Below the pieces are notes generated by a model that saw nothing but the letters and a program-made list of their open reading frames with translations, ran no database searches and had not been told where the DNA came from. Shown here piece by piece: positions 1 through 11,130 of a stretch of 64,000 nucleotides of DNA. Source of the stretch: Octopus sinensis (Eukaryota); assembly GCF_006345805.1 (NCBI RefSeq), contig NC_042997.1, forward strand, positions 14,756,001 to 14,820,000, in the 5' to 3' direction. How positions within the stretch are numbered: position 1 is the stretch's first letter; each line of letters begins with the position of its first letter. Both the position numbers and the translations under genes were made by a program.

Positions 1-205
1 AGATGTTGAACAACCATGAATAAGAGAGAACAAAGGAACTCTCCACATGAACAAAAGGGTAATGAACCTGAACTGCAGCCTCCTGGAATGGCAGTTAAAT
101 GTATTTCAAATATTTCAGCAGGGTTTCCCATGCATAAGTGTTAAGTGAACAACGAACATCTAGTCATAATATTTCCTGTTAAAAATCAGCTGAATAGGTA
201 TGTAC

Positions 206-403
206 TGAAGTTTCTTTTTATAGTACAACTTGGAAAGTTCTTGTTGATTTATGATTAAAAAATTTTTGCCAACCATATTACATTGCGCTTGTCATAAAAT
301 CATTAAAATTAAATTATGCACTTGCAGCATAATTTTCTAGCATAATGTAGATCCACATGAGACTTATGAAACAAATATTAAACAGATACATTTCAATTTG
401 ACA
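206..403 (-). pseudogene. Dynein pseudo-exon, AAA6 lid
   Basis: One frame, 66 codons: CQIEMYLFNICFISLMWIYIMLENYAASA*FNFNDFMTSAM*YGWQKFFNHKSTRTFQVVL*, compared with WNIPYEFNxSDLxISxxQLxMFLNEY...YLTGExNYGGRVTDDWDRRxLxxIL with near-identical spacing. Confidence 0.65.
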
Positions 404-566
404 CTAGACGAGCACAATAAAAATGGCCAATTTTTCAACTTCAGGAGGCTTGTGTAGCCACAGGAATAGTTTTAGAGTTCTGTCACTTTGTATAACTCAT
501 TTTTTACATCCACTGGCACCACTCAACACAATGGTACAGTCAGAAAAAATTTTAACCTTGAAAATG

Positions 567-722
567 GGATGTGGCTGCGTGTTAAGATGCTTGCTTCCCA
601 ACCACATGGTTCGAGGTTCAGTCCACTATGTGGCACCCTGGGCAAGTGTCTTCTACTATAGCCTTGGGCCGACCAAAGCCTTGTGAGTGGATTTGGTACA
701 CGGAAACTGAAAGAAGCCCATC

Positions 723-725
<3 letters not shown>
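567..725 (+). mobile_element. Family A SINE 5' half
   Basis: Same head and core, running into (AT)n; accounts for the end of ORF 423..686. Confidence 0.75.
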
Positions 726-762
<37 letters not shown>

Positions 763-767
<5 letters not shown>

Positions 768-947
768 GAGTTTATGAAAAAAACAAAAGACGAAGACAAA
801 CAGATGTATTAGTATAATGCTCAGGAATAGAAAAAGTCTTTTATGTTTCGAGCCTATGCTCTTCTACAGAAAGAGACACAGAAAAAACAAGGAAAGAAAC
901 AAGGAGAGAAAAAATGTGTGTAGTGGCAAACGATCAATCATGGCAAC

Positions 948-984
<37 letters not shown>

Positions 985-1171
985 ATATATAGGGTGAGTT
1001 TATGAAAAAAACAAAAGACGAAGACAAACAGATGTATTAGTATAATGCTCAGGAATAGAAAAAGTCTTTTATGTTTCGAGCCTATGCTCTTCTACAGAAA
1101 GAGACACAGAAAAAACAAGGAAAGAAACAAGGAGAGAAAAAATGTGTGTAGTGGCAAACGATCAATCATGG

Positions 1172-1175
<4 letters not shown>
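763..1175. repeat. Two identical 185-bp units (period 228 bp) separated by (AT)n; Penelope-like terminus motif
   Basis: 763-947 equals 991-1175, which explains the twin ORFs 817 and 1045. The minus strand reads ctgtagaagagcataggctcgaaac, resembling Penelope terminal repeat ends. Confidence 0.8.
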
Positions 1176-1216
<41 letters not shown>

Positions 1217-1237
1217 GCATGTGCTGTCAGTAATTAC

Positions 1238-1454
1238 TTAGGGTAGGCAGTTGGTGACTTGTATGTAGTAAAACATACAAAAAAATAAATGAACCACAGG
1301 TGCACAACTGAGTTGAAGGCTAATTTACTTCTGCCTTTATAGCATGTAAAGAAAATGGTGTTGTAGAAGTGTAAGCAGCCCGTATACTACAACACTACTA
1401 TGCATAGATTCAATACTGAGACTGAAAAGCAGGGACAAATTATGCCTACCTAAT
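1238..1454 (-). pseudogene. Dynein pseudo-exon, AAA6
   Basis: ttttatttttttgtag|ATTAGG ... CCTAA|gtaatt. RLGRHNLSLLFSLSI compared with RLWLTSxPxxxFPVSI; GSFIFLYVLLHTSHQ compared with LLFxLCFFHAVVQ. Confidence 0.45.
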
Positions 1455-1614
1455 CTACAAAAAAATAAAACATTTTGCATTTTATGCATAGTAATGAGAC
1501 TAACCTCCATAATTTTATCAAATTAGGTGCATATTTTGCCATAAAAGGAAAATGTTGCTATCAATCTATTTTATTCAAGGTAGGCACTGCCTATCTAAGC
1601 GGCATGTCCCTGAT

Positions 1615-1850
1615 ATGTATGTATATATGTATGCATGTATTTGTGTGTCTGTGTTTGTTCCCCCACACCATTACTTGACAACTGATGTTGGTATGTTTAC
1701 ATCCCCATAACTTAGCAGTTCAGCAAAAGAGACTGATAGAATAAGTACTAGGCTTACAAAGAAATAGTCCTGGGGTCGATTTTTTTGACTAAAGGCAGTG
1801 CTCCAGCATGGCCACAGTCAAATGACTGAAACAAAATAAAAGAAGATAAG
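1615..1850 (+). mobile_element. Family A SINE 3' half
   Basis: Matches 25620-25800. Confidence 0.7.
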
Positions 1851-1935
1851 GACATATATTACACATCTGTTTGTATGTCAGTGTTTATATTTTGTCCCCC
1901 GCCACCATTAGACAACTGGTATTGATTTGTTTAAA

Positions 1936-2166
1936 GGCGGCGAGCTGGCAGAAACGTTAGCACACCGGGCGAAATGCTTAGCAGTATTTCATCTATCGTT
2001 ACGTTGTGAGTTCAAATTCCGCCGAGGTCGACTTTGCCTTTCATCCTTTCGGGGTCGATAAAGTAAGTACCAGTTACGCACTGGGGTCGATGTAATCGAC
2101 TTAATACCTATGTCTGTCCTTGTTTGTCCCCTCTATGTTTAGCCCCTTGTGGGTAATAAAGAAATA
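1936..2166 (+). mobile_element. tRNA-derived SINE (family B, octopus OK/OR-like), young
   Basis: Head ggcggcgagctggcagaaacgttagc with B box gagttcaaattcc; 18-bp TSD ggtattgatttgtttaaa (1918-1935, 2167-2184). Inserted into an older SINE. Confidence 0.85.
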
Positions 2167-2334
2167 GGTATTGATTTGTTTAAACCCCCCATAAACGAGC
2201 ACAATAGAATAAGAGCTAGACAAAAAGACAAGTACTGAAAAGTATTGGGGTCGATTTATTTGACTAAACCCTTCAAGATTGTGCCCCAGTATAGCTGCAG
2301 TTCAATGACTGGAACAAGTAAAAGATAAAGATCC

Positions 2335-2809
2335 AAAAATCTAAAGAGAATTTATAAACCTTCAGTCTTCTTTATGGTCTTCTAATACATTTCTGATTAT
2401 TTTTTCCAATGGCATTTCCTCCATTTTTACATTGGGTTCATATTCCACTGAGGTCAACATTGCCTTTCATCCTTTCAGGGTTGGTAAAATAAGTATCAGT
2501 CAAGTTCTGAGACTCATAAAATCAACCTGCCTGCTCCCTGGATATTGCTGGCCTTGTGCCAAAATTTGAAACCATTATTTTCTCTAAAAAAGGTTTCCTG
2601 CATGAATCTTTAGAATTTCTATTTTATCCCTGGAGCAAAAAATTTATTTCATTTGTGAATGTCATTGAACTTTGCTGACACACACCAATTAGATTCCACC
2701 AATTAACAATTATTTTGCAGTGTATTAAAATTAGTTTAACATGAAAGGCATTAAATAAGAAATAAAAAGAATATTATAAATTTTTAGAGCATCAATTAAA
2801 AGTAAAATC
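2335..2809 (-). pseudogene. Dynein pseudo-exon(s), AAA6, interrupted by a SINE at ~2425-2580
   Basis: atatatttctcag|GATTTT. RILLLIDALKIYNI compared with QKLLILRCLRPD; NLIGVCQQSSMTFTNEINFLLQG compared with DLxxxYxxSxxxxPLIFILSxG; beyond the SINE, PLEKIIRNVLEDHKED*RFINSL compared with AxxxIxxAxxxGxWVxLQNCHL. Confidence 0.5.
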
Positions 2810-3189
2810 CTGAGAAATATATTTGTAGCATCAGAGACAAAAAACTCAAAAAAAAAATGTTATATCATAAATTAACAGATATCACATTTGAAATTACTGA
2901 CAGTATACATTGATTTTATTGAATAAAGAGATTATAAACTACTATGGAGATTGTTACTTAATCTGCTATCAATACAAATAATTGTGTGTATATCTATATT
3001 TATGTGTGTATGTGTGCAAGCATATCTATCTCACATGTATATATGTATGCTTATATACATTTACTGATGGCAGATCAGGAGACAAACTGCAAAATAGTTT
3101 AAAATCTATTTGTTCAATGAAACTGATGTTAACCACCAACATCATCATCGTATTTATATATGTAAAAATCAAATGGAAATTGTACTTGT

Positions 3190-3515
3190 GATACCCATGC
3201 CGGTGCCACATAAAAAACACCAGCCGAACGTGGTTGATGCCAGCGCCGCTTTAACTGGCGTCCGTGTTGGTGGCACGTAAAGAGCACCAACCAATCGTGG
3301 CTGTTGCCAGCCTCCTCTGGCCCCTGTGTGGGTGGCACATAAAAAGCACCCACTACACTCACGGAGTGGTTGGCATTAGGAAGAGCATCTAGCTGTAGAA
3401 ACACTGCCAGATCAGACTGGAGCCTGATGCAGCCTCCTGGCTTCCCAGACCCCGGTTGAACCGTCCAACCCATGCTAGCATAGAAAATGGATTTTAAACA
3501 ATGATGATGATGATG
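3190..3515 (+). mobile_element. Family D RTE-tail retroposon
   Basis: gccggtggcac.taaaaagcacc subrepeats, then ggttggcattaggaag.gcatc...ccaacccatgctagcat and a (GAT)n tail shared with the RTE LINE 3' ends. Confidence 0.75.
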
Positions 3516-3532
3516 TATATATATGTATATAA

Positions 3533-3790
3533 CTGGCATTCCATCTGTTATGATGACAAGGGTTCTTGTTGATCCAATCAATGGAACAGCCAGCTTGTGA
3601 AATTAACATGCAAGTGGCGGAGCACTCCACAAACACGTGTACTCTTAATGTAGTTCGCAAGGAGATTCAGAATGACACAGAATGTGACAAGTCTGGACCT
3701 TTGAAACACAGGTACAACTCATTTTGGCCAGCTAAGTGGACTGGAACAATGTGAAATAAAGTATCTTGCTCAAGGACACAATGTGTCACC
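3533..3790 (+). mobile_element. Family C SINE-like element
   Basis: ...gaaattaacatgcaagtggcggagcactccac...gctaagtggactggaacaatgtgaaataaagtatcttgctcaaggacac. Shares the cttgagcaa..cactttatttcac core, inverted, with 4224 and 60011. Confidence 0.55.
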
Positions 3791-4190
3791 AAGAATTTTC
3801 TTCATGTGGAGTAGCCCATCCCACTCAAAAGATCCCTGAATAAGGTTTGTTTAAGGATGATGAACAAAACACTCATGTTTCCAAGGTGAATTATTCAAAC
3901 CCCAAGGAATTCCTCTCAACATGATGCCCCCCACTACTTCTACTCATGATTAGAGATGTACATATCGTCAACCACTAAGGAACATGTTCAACTGGTTAAG
4001 GTCAAACAACTGACAAGTAAATCTGTGGTATTGAGCAGGATATTTGCTGCAGCCCATCTTTTATACCAAGACAAAACATTGTATATGATAACACTTCCAG
4101 TCAGTTAAGATCAGAAGCCACAAGAGCCACTGCCTGGTACTGCATTAGGACATTTCTTCTTCTTCTTCTCCTGCATATTATTATTATTAT

Positions 4191-4222
<32 letters not shown>

Positions 4223-4223
4223 T

Positions 4224-4470
4224 TCTCGAGCAAAACACTTTATTTCACGTTGCTCCAGTTCACTCAGCTGTAGAAATGAGTTGCGACGTCACTGGTTCCA
4301 AGCTGTATCGACCTTTGTCTTTCCCTTGGATAACACTGGTGGCGTGGAGAGGGGAGGCTGGTATGCATGGGCGACTGCTGGTCTTCCATAAACAACCTTG
4401 CCCGGACTTGTGTCTAGGAGGGTAACTTTCTAGGTGCAATCCCATGGTCATTCATGACCGAAGGGGGTCT
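4224..4470 (+). mobile_element. Family C SINE, 5'-truncated
   Basis: Reverse complement of 60011-60270; ends in gaccgaagggggtc plus (TTA)n(TAG)n. Confidence 0.7.
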
Positions 4471-4566
4471 TTATTATTATTATTATTATTATTAGTAGTA
4501 GTAGTAGTAGTAGTAGTAGTATCATCATCCATAGGTTTGATGGAATAAACAGAAAAATAGATCTAC

Positions 4567-4730
4567 CTCAAAACACAAGTATATACATATATTTTTAATC
4601 AGTTGCAAGGATGCATAAGTGGTTTGTGGTTGGGTGCTTCATGCATTGCACTTAACAAACATGCATGTTACACCCAGTATTTATCCTTAAGCCAGATCAA
4701 TGTTAGAAGAAAAAAATCAAGTTAAGTATT
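4567..4730 (-). pseudogene. Dynein pseudo-exon, AAA5-AAA6 linker
   Basis: LIFFLLTLIWLKDKYWV*HACL...CN*LKIY compared with FLLxG...WLxxxxWxxIxxL...WxxxY. Donor TTGAG|gtagat. Confidence 0.5.
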
Positions 4731-5040
4731 CTAATATATATTCTTTGTTCCAAAATCAGAAATATATAAATGTAAAAAAAAAAAAATTTTTTTAAACTGA
4801 AAACAATAAAGTTTACATTTAACACATCTTTTTTATTTATATTATTATAAAAATATATTTGAGAAGAAACCAGAAATATTAATGATTTCAGAGTTAAATG
4901 AAGCCTATGAAAATTAAGTTAGATCAACAGACAGATTGACACACACATTCAGCACACAGACATAGACATGTACATACGTATGTATGTAAATACACACATA
5001 CTTACAAACACAATTACATACATACATAAATAAATAAGCA

Positions 5041-5369
5041 CAACAGACCTGATACAATGATTTGGGGTAGAGAAAAGAAACAGAGTACAGTTGTGGAAAT
5101 TAGCTGCCCAGCAAATGTTAACATAAAGCTGAAGATCAGTGAAAAAGAGAATATCTACGCTGAGCTATAGAGAAATATGCTCTTACTCTATCCAGATTAC
5201 AAGTTCAGGCTTATACCTGTAATTATTGGGACCCTAGGATATGTAACACTGCCTAAATACCAATTTTGAGAAATTAGGCTTCTCAAAACCAGAAAGGAGA
5301 AAGCTAATTCAAGAACTACAGATCCAATCCATCACTAGAACTGTAAAAATCTGTAAAACTTTCCAAAAG

Positions 5370-5422
<53 letters not shown>

Positions 5423-5677
5423 ATGTCTAGATATGCAACTATAAGCATGAGAATTCATACATAAAACAAAACATACAAATCTGGACACATACATACATAC
5501 ATACATAAATACATACATACATACATACAAAAATACTCTGTTTTTGATGTTGAAATTCCAATGAAGGAACCTTGGATCTAGGTTAGAAACCAGTTTTTTC
5601 TCTATTGACAAGAAATCTTGAAATAAAACTGAATAATGACATACATACGTAAATACATACATACATACATACATACA

Positions 5678-5708
<31 letters not shown>

Positions 5709-5968
5709 CCATCACTGGAACTATAAAAATCTGTAAAACTTTCCAGAAGTTTATCATTTAAATATATATGAACATTTCTAGATATGCAACTATATGCATG
5801 AGAATACATACATAAAACATACAAATCTGCACATACATACCTACATACATATATAAAAACAAAAATACCCTGTTGCTGATGTTGAAATTCCAGTGAAGGA
5901 GCCTTGGATTTAACTTAGAAACCGGTTCTTTCTCTATTGGAAAGAAATCTTGAAATAAACCAAATAAT

Positions 5969-5971
<3 letters not shown>
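5041..5971 (+). mobile_element. R4/Dong-like LINE 3' ends (restriction-like endonuclease remnant plus two 3' UTR copies)
   Basis: NRPDTMIWGREKKQSTVVEISCPANVNIKLKISEKENIYAEL...IPVIIGTLG is a PD..E restriction-like endonuclease motif. The 3' segment occurs twice (5327-5640, 5707-5971), each followed by (TACA)n/(CA)n. Confidence 0.75.
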
Positions 5972-6014
<43 letters not shown>

Positions 6015-6039
6015 TACATACATACATACATACATGCAT

Positions 6040-6200
6040 GTGAATAAATAAGAAATATTTTGAAGATATTTTTACATAGATTTTCATTTGACAGTTGACA
6101 ATTTTATTTCAAGAAGAGATAATATGCTTTCTATGAAGATTTTTTTTTTCCTTCTGAACAACATATTTTGGATTTTATAAAAGAAACATATGTAGACAGG
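6040..6200 (-). pseudogene. Possible dynein pseudo-exon, truncated by microsatellite/LINE tail
   Basis: KKIFIESILS compared with FxxLFxxSI; a shifted frame gives QMKIYVKISSKYFLFIH compared with TxxVYxNVSRxLFExH. Confidence 0.3.
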
Positions 6201-6527
6201 AAATTACAGAATAATATTGGAATCTCAAAAACAAAAAACATGAGATTTTCTTTGATAATCACTGAAATGCTGACTCAACAGACTGAAGTAACATAACTTA
6301 TTTCAGTAACCAGGTACAGACGTAGCTGTTTGGCTTATATAAGCTTGCTTAGTATGTTGCATTAAGTTAGATTGATTTCATTGCATAGCACAATGGGAAA
6401 ATGTCTTCTGCAAAAAGCTTGGGTCACCCAAGGTCTTCTGTGAGAAATTTTTTAGAGGAGAAAAATTGCTGCAGTGACTATTCCTGTTCTTATGAGGTAG
6501 ACTTAATTCACCATCTGATTTAGTACC

Positions 6528-6714
6528 TATTTCTTTATTACCCACAAGGGGCTAAACACAGAGGGGACAAACAAGGACAGACATAGGTATTAAGTCGATT
6601 ACATCGACCCCAGTGCGTAACTGGTACTTAATTTATCGACCCCGAAAGGATGAAAGGCAAAGTCGACCTCGGCGGAATTTGAACTCAGAACGTAAACGGC
6701 AGACGAAATACCGC
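6528..6714 (-). mobile_element. Family B SINE, 5'-truncated
   Basis: Reverse complement of the 1936 copy; 7-bp TSD ggtacta. Confidence 0.85.
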
Positions 6715-7189
6715 TAGTACCACCACCACCATGTCTAGATAGCATTACTGACAATTGGTAAGGTAACAAAAACTATAAACTATAACATAAGTGGATTGTA
6801 CAAAACAAAGAAAATAGCAGGAGAAAGTAAAATGGATCAGTGATTTTCAACATAGATATAAGGCCAGAAAATCTAGTGGAGGATACAGTTGAGTAAAATC
6901 AACTTTAGTATCTAAATGGTACTTATTTTAACCATCATAAAATATGAAAAGGAAAGTCAGCTTTAGCAATCACAAAGCATTTAATCAGATAAGTCACTAC
7001 TCTATTTCTACCACTCGCCTTTCTTGTATCAAACAATTAAATTTAATGAACCAAAAGATTGATGGACTAAACAATGAAATCTAATGTAACCAAACATTAA
7101 TGGAGTTAATGATGAAATTTGATTGATCAAGCTTAATGGACAAAACAATGGAATTTAATGATCCAAATAATGAAAGAAGGTTGATGCAA

Positions 7190-7720
7190 GAGCTGTAAAG
7201 AAGACAATACAAATTGAGTTTGTGTGACAATGAATAACTGCAAGTTTCAGATGTCTACTGAGACTATTTCAAAAGAACATGGAGAAGAAAATGGCTTAAA
7301 CTTGACTTTCTTAACCTCAAAAAGGCATTTTATAAAGCCCTATGTTCTGTAATTTAGTAAGCAATGAATAAGCTTGACATGTATCGTGAGAGAAGTATTC
7401 CCACAATGCATGTAGGGACTAAAAGTGGGGTGGAAACTGTTTGTAAGTGGGGATTAAAAGTGCGGAGTAATTCATTGAATAGTGAAAGGAATTTAAGAAT
7501 CAGATAAGTGTCTATTAAGGTTCTGTCCTTTGCCCACCACTCTTGAGAATTGCTTTCAAAAACATTATGAAGGTTATTTGAAGAAGTTTCTTGATATTAT
7601 TTCAAAATAGATCTAGAAGCTTCAAAAGAAGCTAAATATACAAAAAGCAGTTCAAAACTAAAAGCCTCTAGATCAATTTGGTCAAAAGTAAGAAGTAGTG
7701 ACATTATACATTGTCCCTTT
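7190..7720 (+). mobile_element. Very decayed RTE RT remnant
   Basis: Residual similarity (FLNLKKAFYK-like; ggttctgtcctttgccca for GSVLSP) to the copy at 32465. Confidence 0.35.
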
Positions 7721-7759
7721 GATAAATTTCTAAGTTTCTGAAATTGAAAAAAAAAAAAT

Positions 7760-7940
7760 TAAATTAATTGAATAGTAAGATATTCAGATGGCTTTAGAGT
7801 ACTAATATCGACTAAATTAGATAACTATAATTTAATTTTAATCATTAAATGTCATAAGACTGAGGAATATTATCTGTTTGTTTATGTTTGAATTAAATCA
7901 ACTGGTTCAGGAGACATGTTAATATGCCTTTTGGGTCATA
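7760..7940 (-). pseudogene. Possible dynein pseudo-exon (very decayed)
   Basis: QKAY*HVS...IIFLSLMTF...SRY*YSK compared with RxxYxPVA...LYF...MYQYSL. Splice sites were not resolved. Confidence 0.25.
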
Positions 7941-8021
7941 CTTTAACAATTAATGATTTGTAATTATAATAATTAAAATAAACATTGAATAAATATCCTC
8001 AAATTAAAACCTTCAAATTAC

Positions 8022-8273
8022 CATTGCACTGTAATTTTCAACGGCTCTAATGTCAAAGTAAAACACTAGTTCATTTCCACAATGTGATAAAAGTCTTTTT
8101 GAACATGTTCTTTTTAATTAACATACTTGACAATCAATCACTCCTGAACTAGCAAGACTACAGTTTTAAATACATCGAATGTATTGCCAAATAAAATGTA
8201 CTGTACAATATTTCTTACAAATGAAATTCACTACAATGTTTCAATTTCTAGTCAGAACAGCTACAATTATTGT
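8022..8273 (-). pseudogene. Dynein pseudo-exon, late AAA5/buttress
   Basis: attaattag|ACAATA ... GCAATG|gtaatt. 252 bp, phase 0-0, 3 stops. NIVVNFICKK compared with VTxINFxVT; KRLLSHCGNELVFYFDIRAVENYS compared with LxxLSxSxGNILDDxxLIxxLxxS. Confidence 0.6.
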
Positions 8274-8723
8274 CTAATTAATGCTTTCAGGAATGAATGA
8301 GTTCATCAATTTCTCTCTCTCTCTTGGGATGTTAAGCTTTCATGTCAGTTTAACAGAATCATTTTTTTTTTTTTGTTTTCCTTCTTGTAAAACTATACTA
8401 AATGTGTATCAAATCAAAAGGCAAAATCATTATAATGAAGAAAACCAATTTTATGTTAACCAAATCCATACCAAATAAGAAAATGAGACTGAAACAAGTA
8501 AAATCAAAATCTGATTTTTGTTTTTCTTTTTATTTCTTTTTTTTTTTAATAATTCAAACCCATGTTTGTTTTGCTTTATTTTGTTTTTATCGTGTTGCAT
8601 TAGTGTCAATCTTTCAAACAGAAGAAATATTTTGAAGTAGATAAATGTCAAGTGTCATACGAATGTAATAACACTTTTCCAGTAAAGCTTTTAGATTTAT
8701 GCTGAGCAACTATGAATTCACAC

Positions 8724-9015
8724 CTTTCTGTTTTAGTGGAACATGACTGGCATAAGTAAATAAGACTTTAAAGTCAAATGTATAATGAATCAGATATCTG
8801 ATTAGATGTAAAATAATATACATATCCACTTTTTTTTCAGACAAAAATATTCCATTTATCCATTTGCCTTCTATTTTCGTCCATTTGTGAACGTATGAAG
8901 TTAAATCAATAATACAACAGCACTGCATAGATTTTTCTCCACCTAGAAGCAACATTATGTCTAAGAACAAATTTACAACTTCACTCAAAAATTTATCATT
9001 TATATTTACATCAGC
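8724..9015 (-). pseudogene. Dynein pseudo-exon, AAA5 core (3' boundary uncertain)
   Basis: cctcaaattttatatag|GCTGAT; includes ORF 8710..8988. VNINDKFLSEVVN...KIEGKWINGIFLSEKKVD...YTFDFKVLFT compared with VxxxDxxFxRxLEN...KxGGxxxIxLGDKxVDYxxxFRLYLT. Confidence 0.7.
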
Positions 9016-9829
9016 CTATATAAAATTTGAGGCAATTCAGGAAAACAAAATTGTATTGTTTTCTGATAGTTAATATCAAGAGATCTAAAAGCACTGAATA
9101 AGATATTAGCCCTAGTAATATTAATCAATGTAGATCAATATAACAAGAATATTTTGAAACAAAAACAGCTACAAGACTCAAGACTTGTTATAAACTTTAT
9201 TGTTTTTTTCTTCAACAAACATTTCCTAATACCGACACCATTAAATGAGTACAGGAGGTTTTTGTAAAAAAGTTACAATAGAATTATTGGTACAGTGGAG
9301 GCAAAAATGATTGAATAGTTTTAAAGAATAACAAATGATGACTGATGAATAATAGTTTTAAAGACTAACATGCTGATGAATGGAGATTTATATGTAATGT
9401 AACTTAAATGTCAATAAGACCTAACAGCTATCACATTTCAAAATCAAACTTAGATCAAATAAGCAGTGTTATAAAAATATAAAGCAGTAAACCTTAACAA
9501 TAAAAGAAAAATGTGCACAAATTAAACGAGTTATATAAATGTTTAAATAAAGCAATATAGTTTTGTCCTAGGTAAACCTTGACATCCACCAGATCTATGA
9601 AATAATTAAAAACAAATCCAGCAGATATTACGCCATCTTTGTAGGTGTATGAAAGGACTATGCAATAAACGTTTGTTTTTTCTTCTTATATAAGGTAGTA
9701 TGGGATGATATTGAGAAAAAAATTGGCTGCTGTTCTAGCAGGTCAAGAAACCATGTAGATACTCCCTGACATATATTCTAGTAATAGTTAAAATTATGCT
9801 TTCATCAAATATGCAAATGAATACATTAA

Positions 9830-11130
9830 CTGAGAGGAAGGAAGGTAATACACATGGCAGTCATTGCAGGTTCTCTCAAATTGGTGAGATCAATACAGCT
9901 GATGTTCGGTTTGAACTTCTGAAGATTAATGTCAGCAGGAAAATATAAGCAATAAAGAATCCCCAGAGGGTGCAGTTCTAGGAGAAAATGGTTGAGCTTA
10001 GTGTGCTGTGTGGATTGTGTTGGGTGAAATACAAAAATGAAGGTTTAAACTGTAAATTATTTACAGAGTTGTGATGAGTGGCAAGTAGAGTTGTGATAGG
10101 AGAGTGTTTGTAGAGACTCACAGAAGGCCTTGCTGGAATCTTGGAGACCTAGAAATTTTAGAGGTAGACTATGCAATGCATAAAGGCATTCTTTGCTTTT
10201 CTTATGGTTGTCTTACAGGGAATTGTAGATACTTGTACAACTACAGAGCAGCTAGAAGTTGAATGTTTTGTTGTGAAGTTTGGTAATATGAGGATAGAGA
10301 GGAAGTGTAATTGGTGGGTCAGAGATGAAGCAGAATGGTAGCCAGCAGTGAACTGGCAGGGCTATGACCAGTTAGGTGTAAGCACCAGAAAATTTAGAGA
10401 GACCTACTACAGTAGGAAGATATGAGATGTATTGCTTTGAAGAGGCAATGGACAGACAAACCAATGAGAGCAAAGAGAAAGGTAGTATATAATGGTAGAT
10501 AAATAATGGTAGACATTTCAGCTTACATTTTACAAGTTTTGTTGGCTACATATAGGTTTTGGGGGTGCTTTATTTTTTACAATGGGATCATGGCCCTATC
10601 AAGTCATATATTCTGCAATGTGACCAATTTTCAGTGTATGTGTATGTGTGTGTGTGAGAGAGAGAGAGGGACAGACAGACAGACACACACGTGCACACTA
10701 ACCAATCCTAATACATGGCAAGTACTTTATTTACCTCAAAAGTTGACCTTCACATGATTTAAAATATCATATAAAATGAATAGGTGAAAATATTACTTGA
10801 TGTAAGAAATTACAAGTGAAATTAATGCAAGAGACAAGAGAAGGATACTGACTTTAGAGAAAGTGATTTGAAGAAGATCTGATTAAATCAGGGAAAACTG
10901 CTGTTATTTGGAGGAATTCAAAGAAGAGTAGAGACAACAGTTAACTTTTAGGTGAGTGGTAGGTTAAGTGAATTCTACATAAGTGCAGACACTGACTTTC
11001 AGTAAAAACAGAACATTGAGTTTAGTCTGGACAGCAGATGTGGCTTAGTGATTGAAGAAGAGAAATCTGTATTTCAGAGAGGAATAAGATGTAAGGTTCA
11101 TACATCAAGAGATGGTAATTAAAATCAAGG
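9830..11130 (-). mobile_element. Fragmented CR1/L2-like LINE (endonuclease remnant 10790-11130; RT/3' remnant 9830-10490)
   Basis: PYILFLSEIQIS resembles the APE start; FPADINLQKFKPNISCIDL resembles a CR1-type C-terminus. Many lesions. Confidence 0.5.

Noticed and set aside
817-1233. Twin 62-aa basic ORFs
   Set aside because: Product of the 228-bp duplication of a repeat; no coding signature.
3129-3581. Recurrent LDALPNANHS / EWLALGRASS peptides in many ORFs
   Set aside because: Both-strand translations of the family D retroposon tail, not a gene family.
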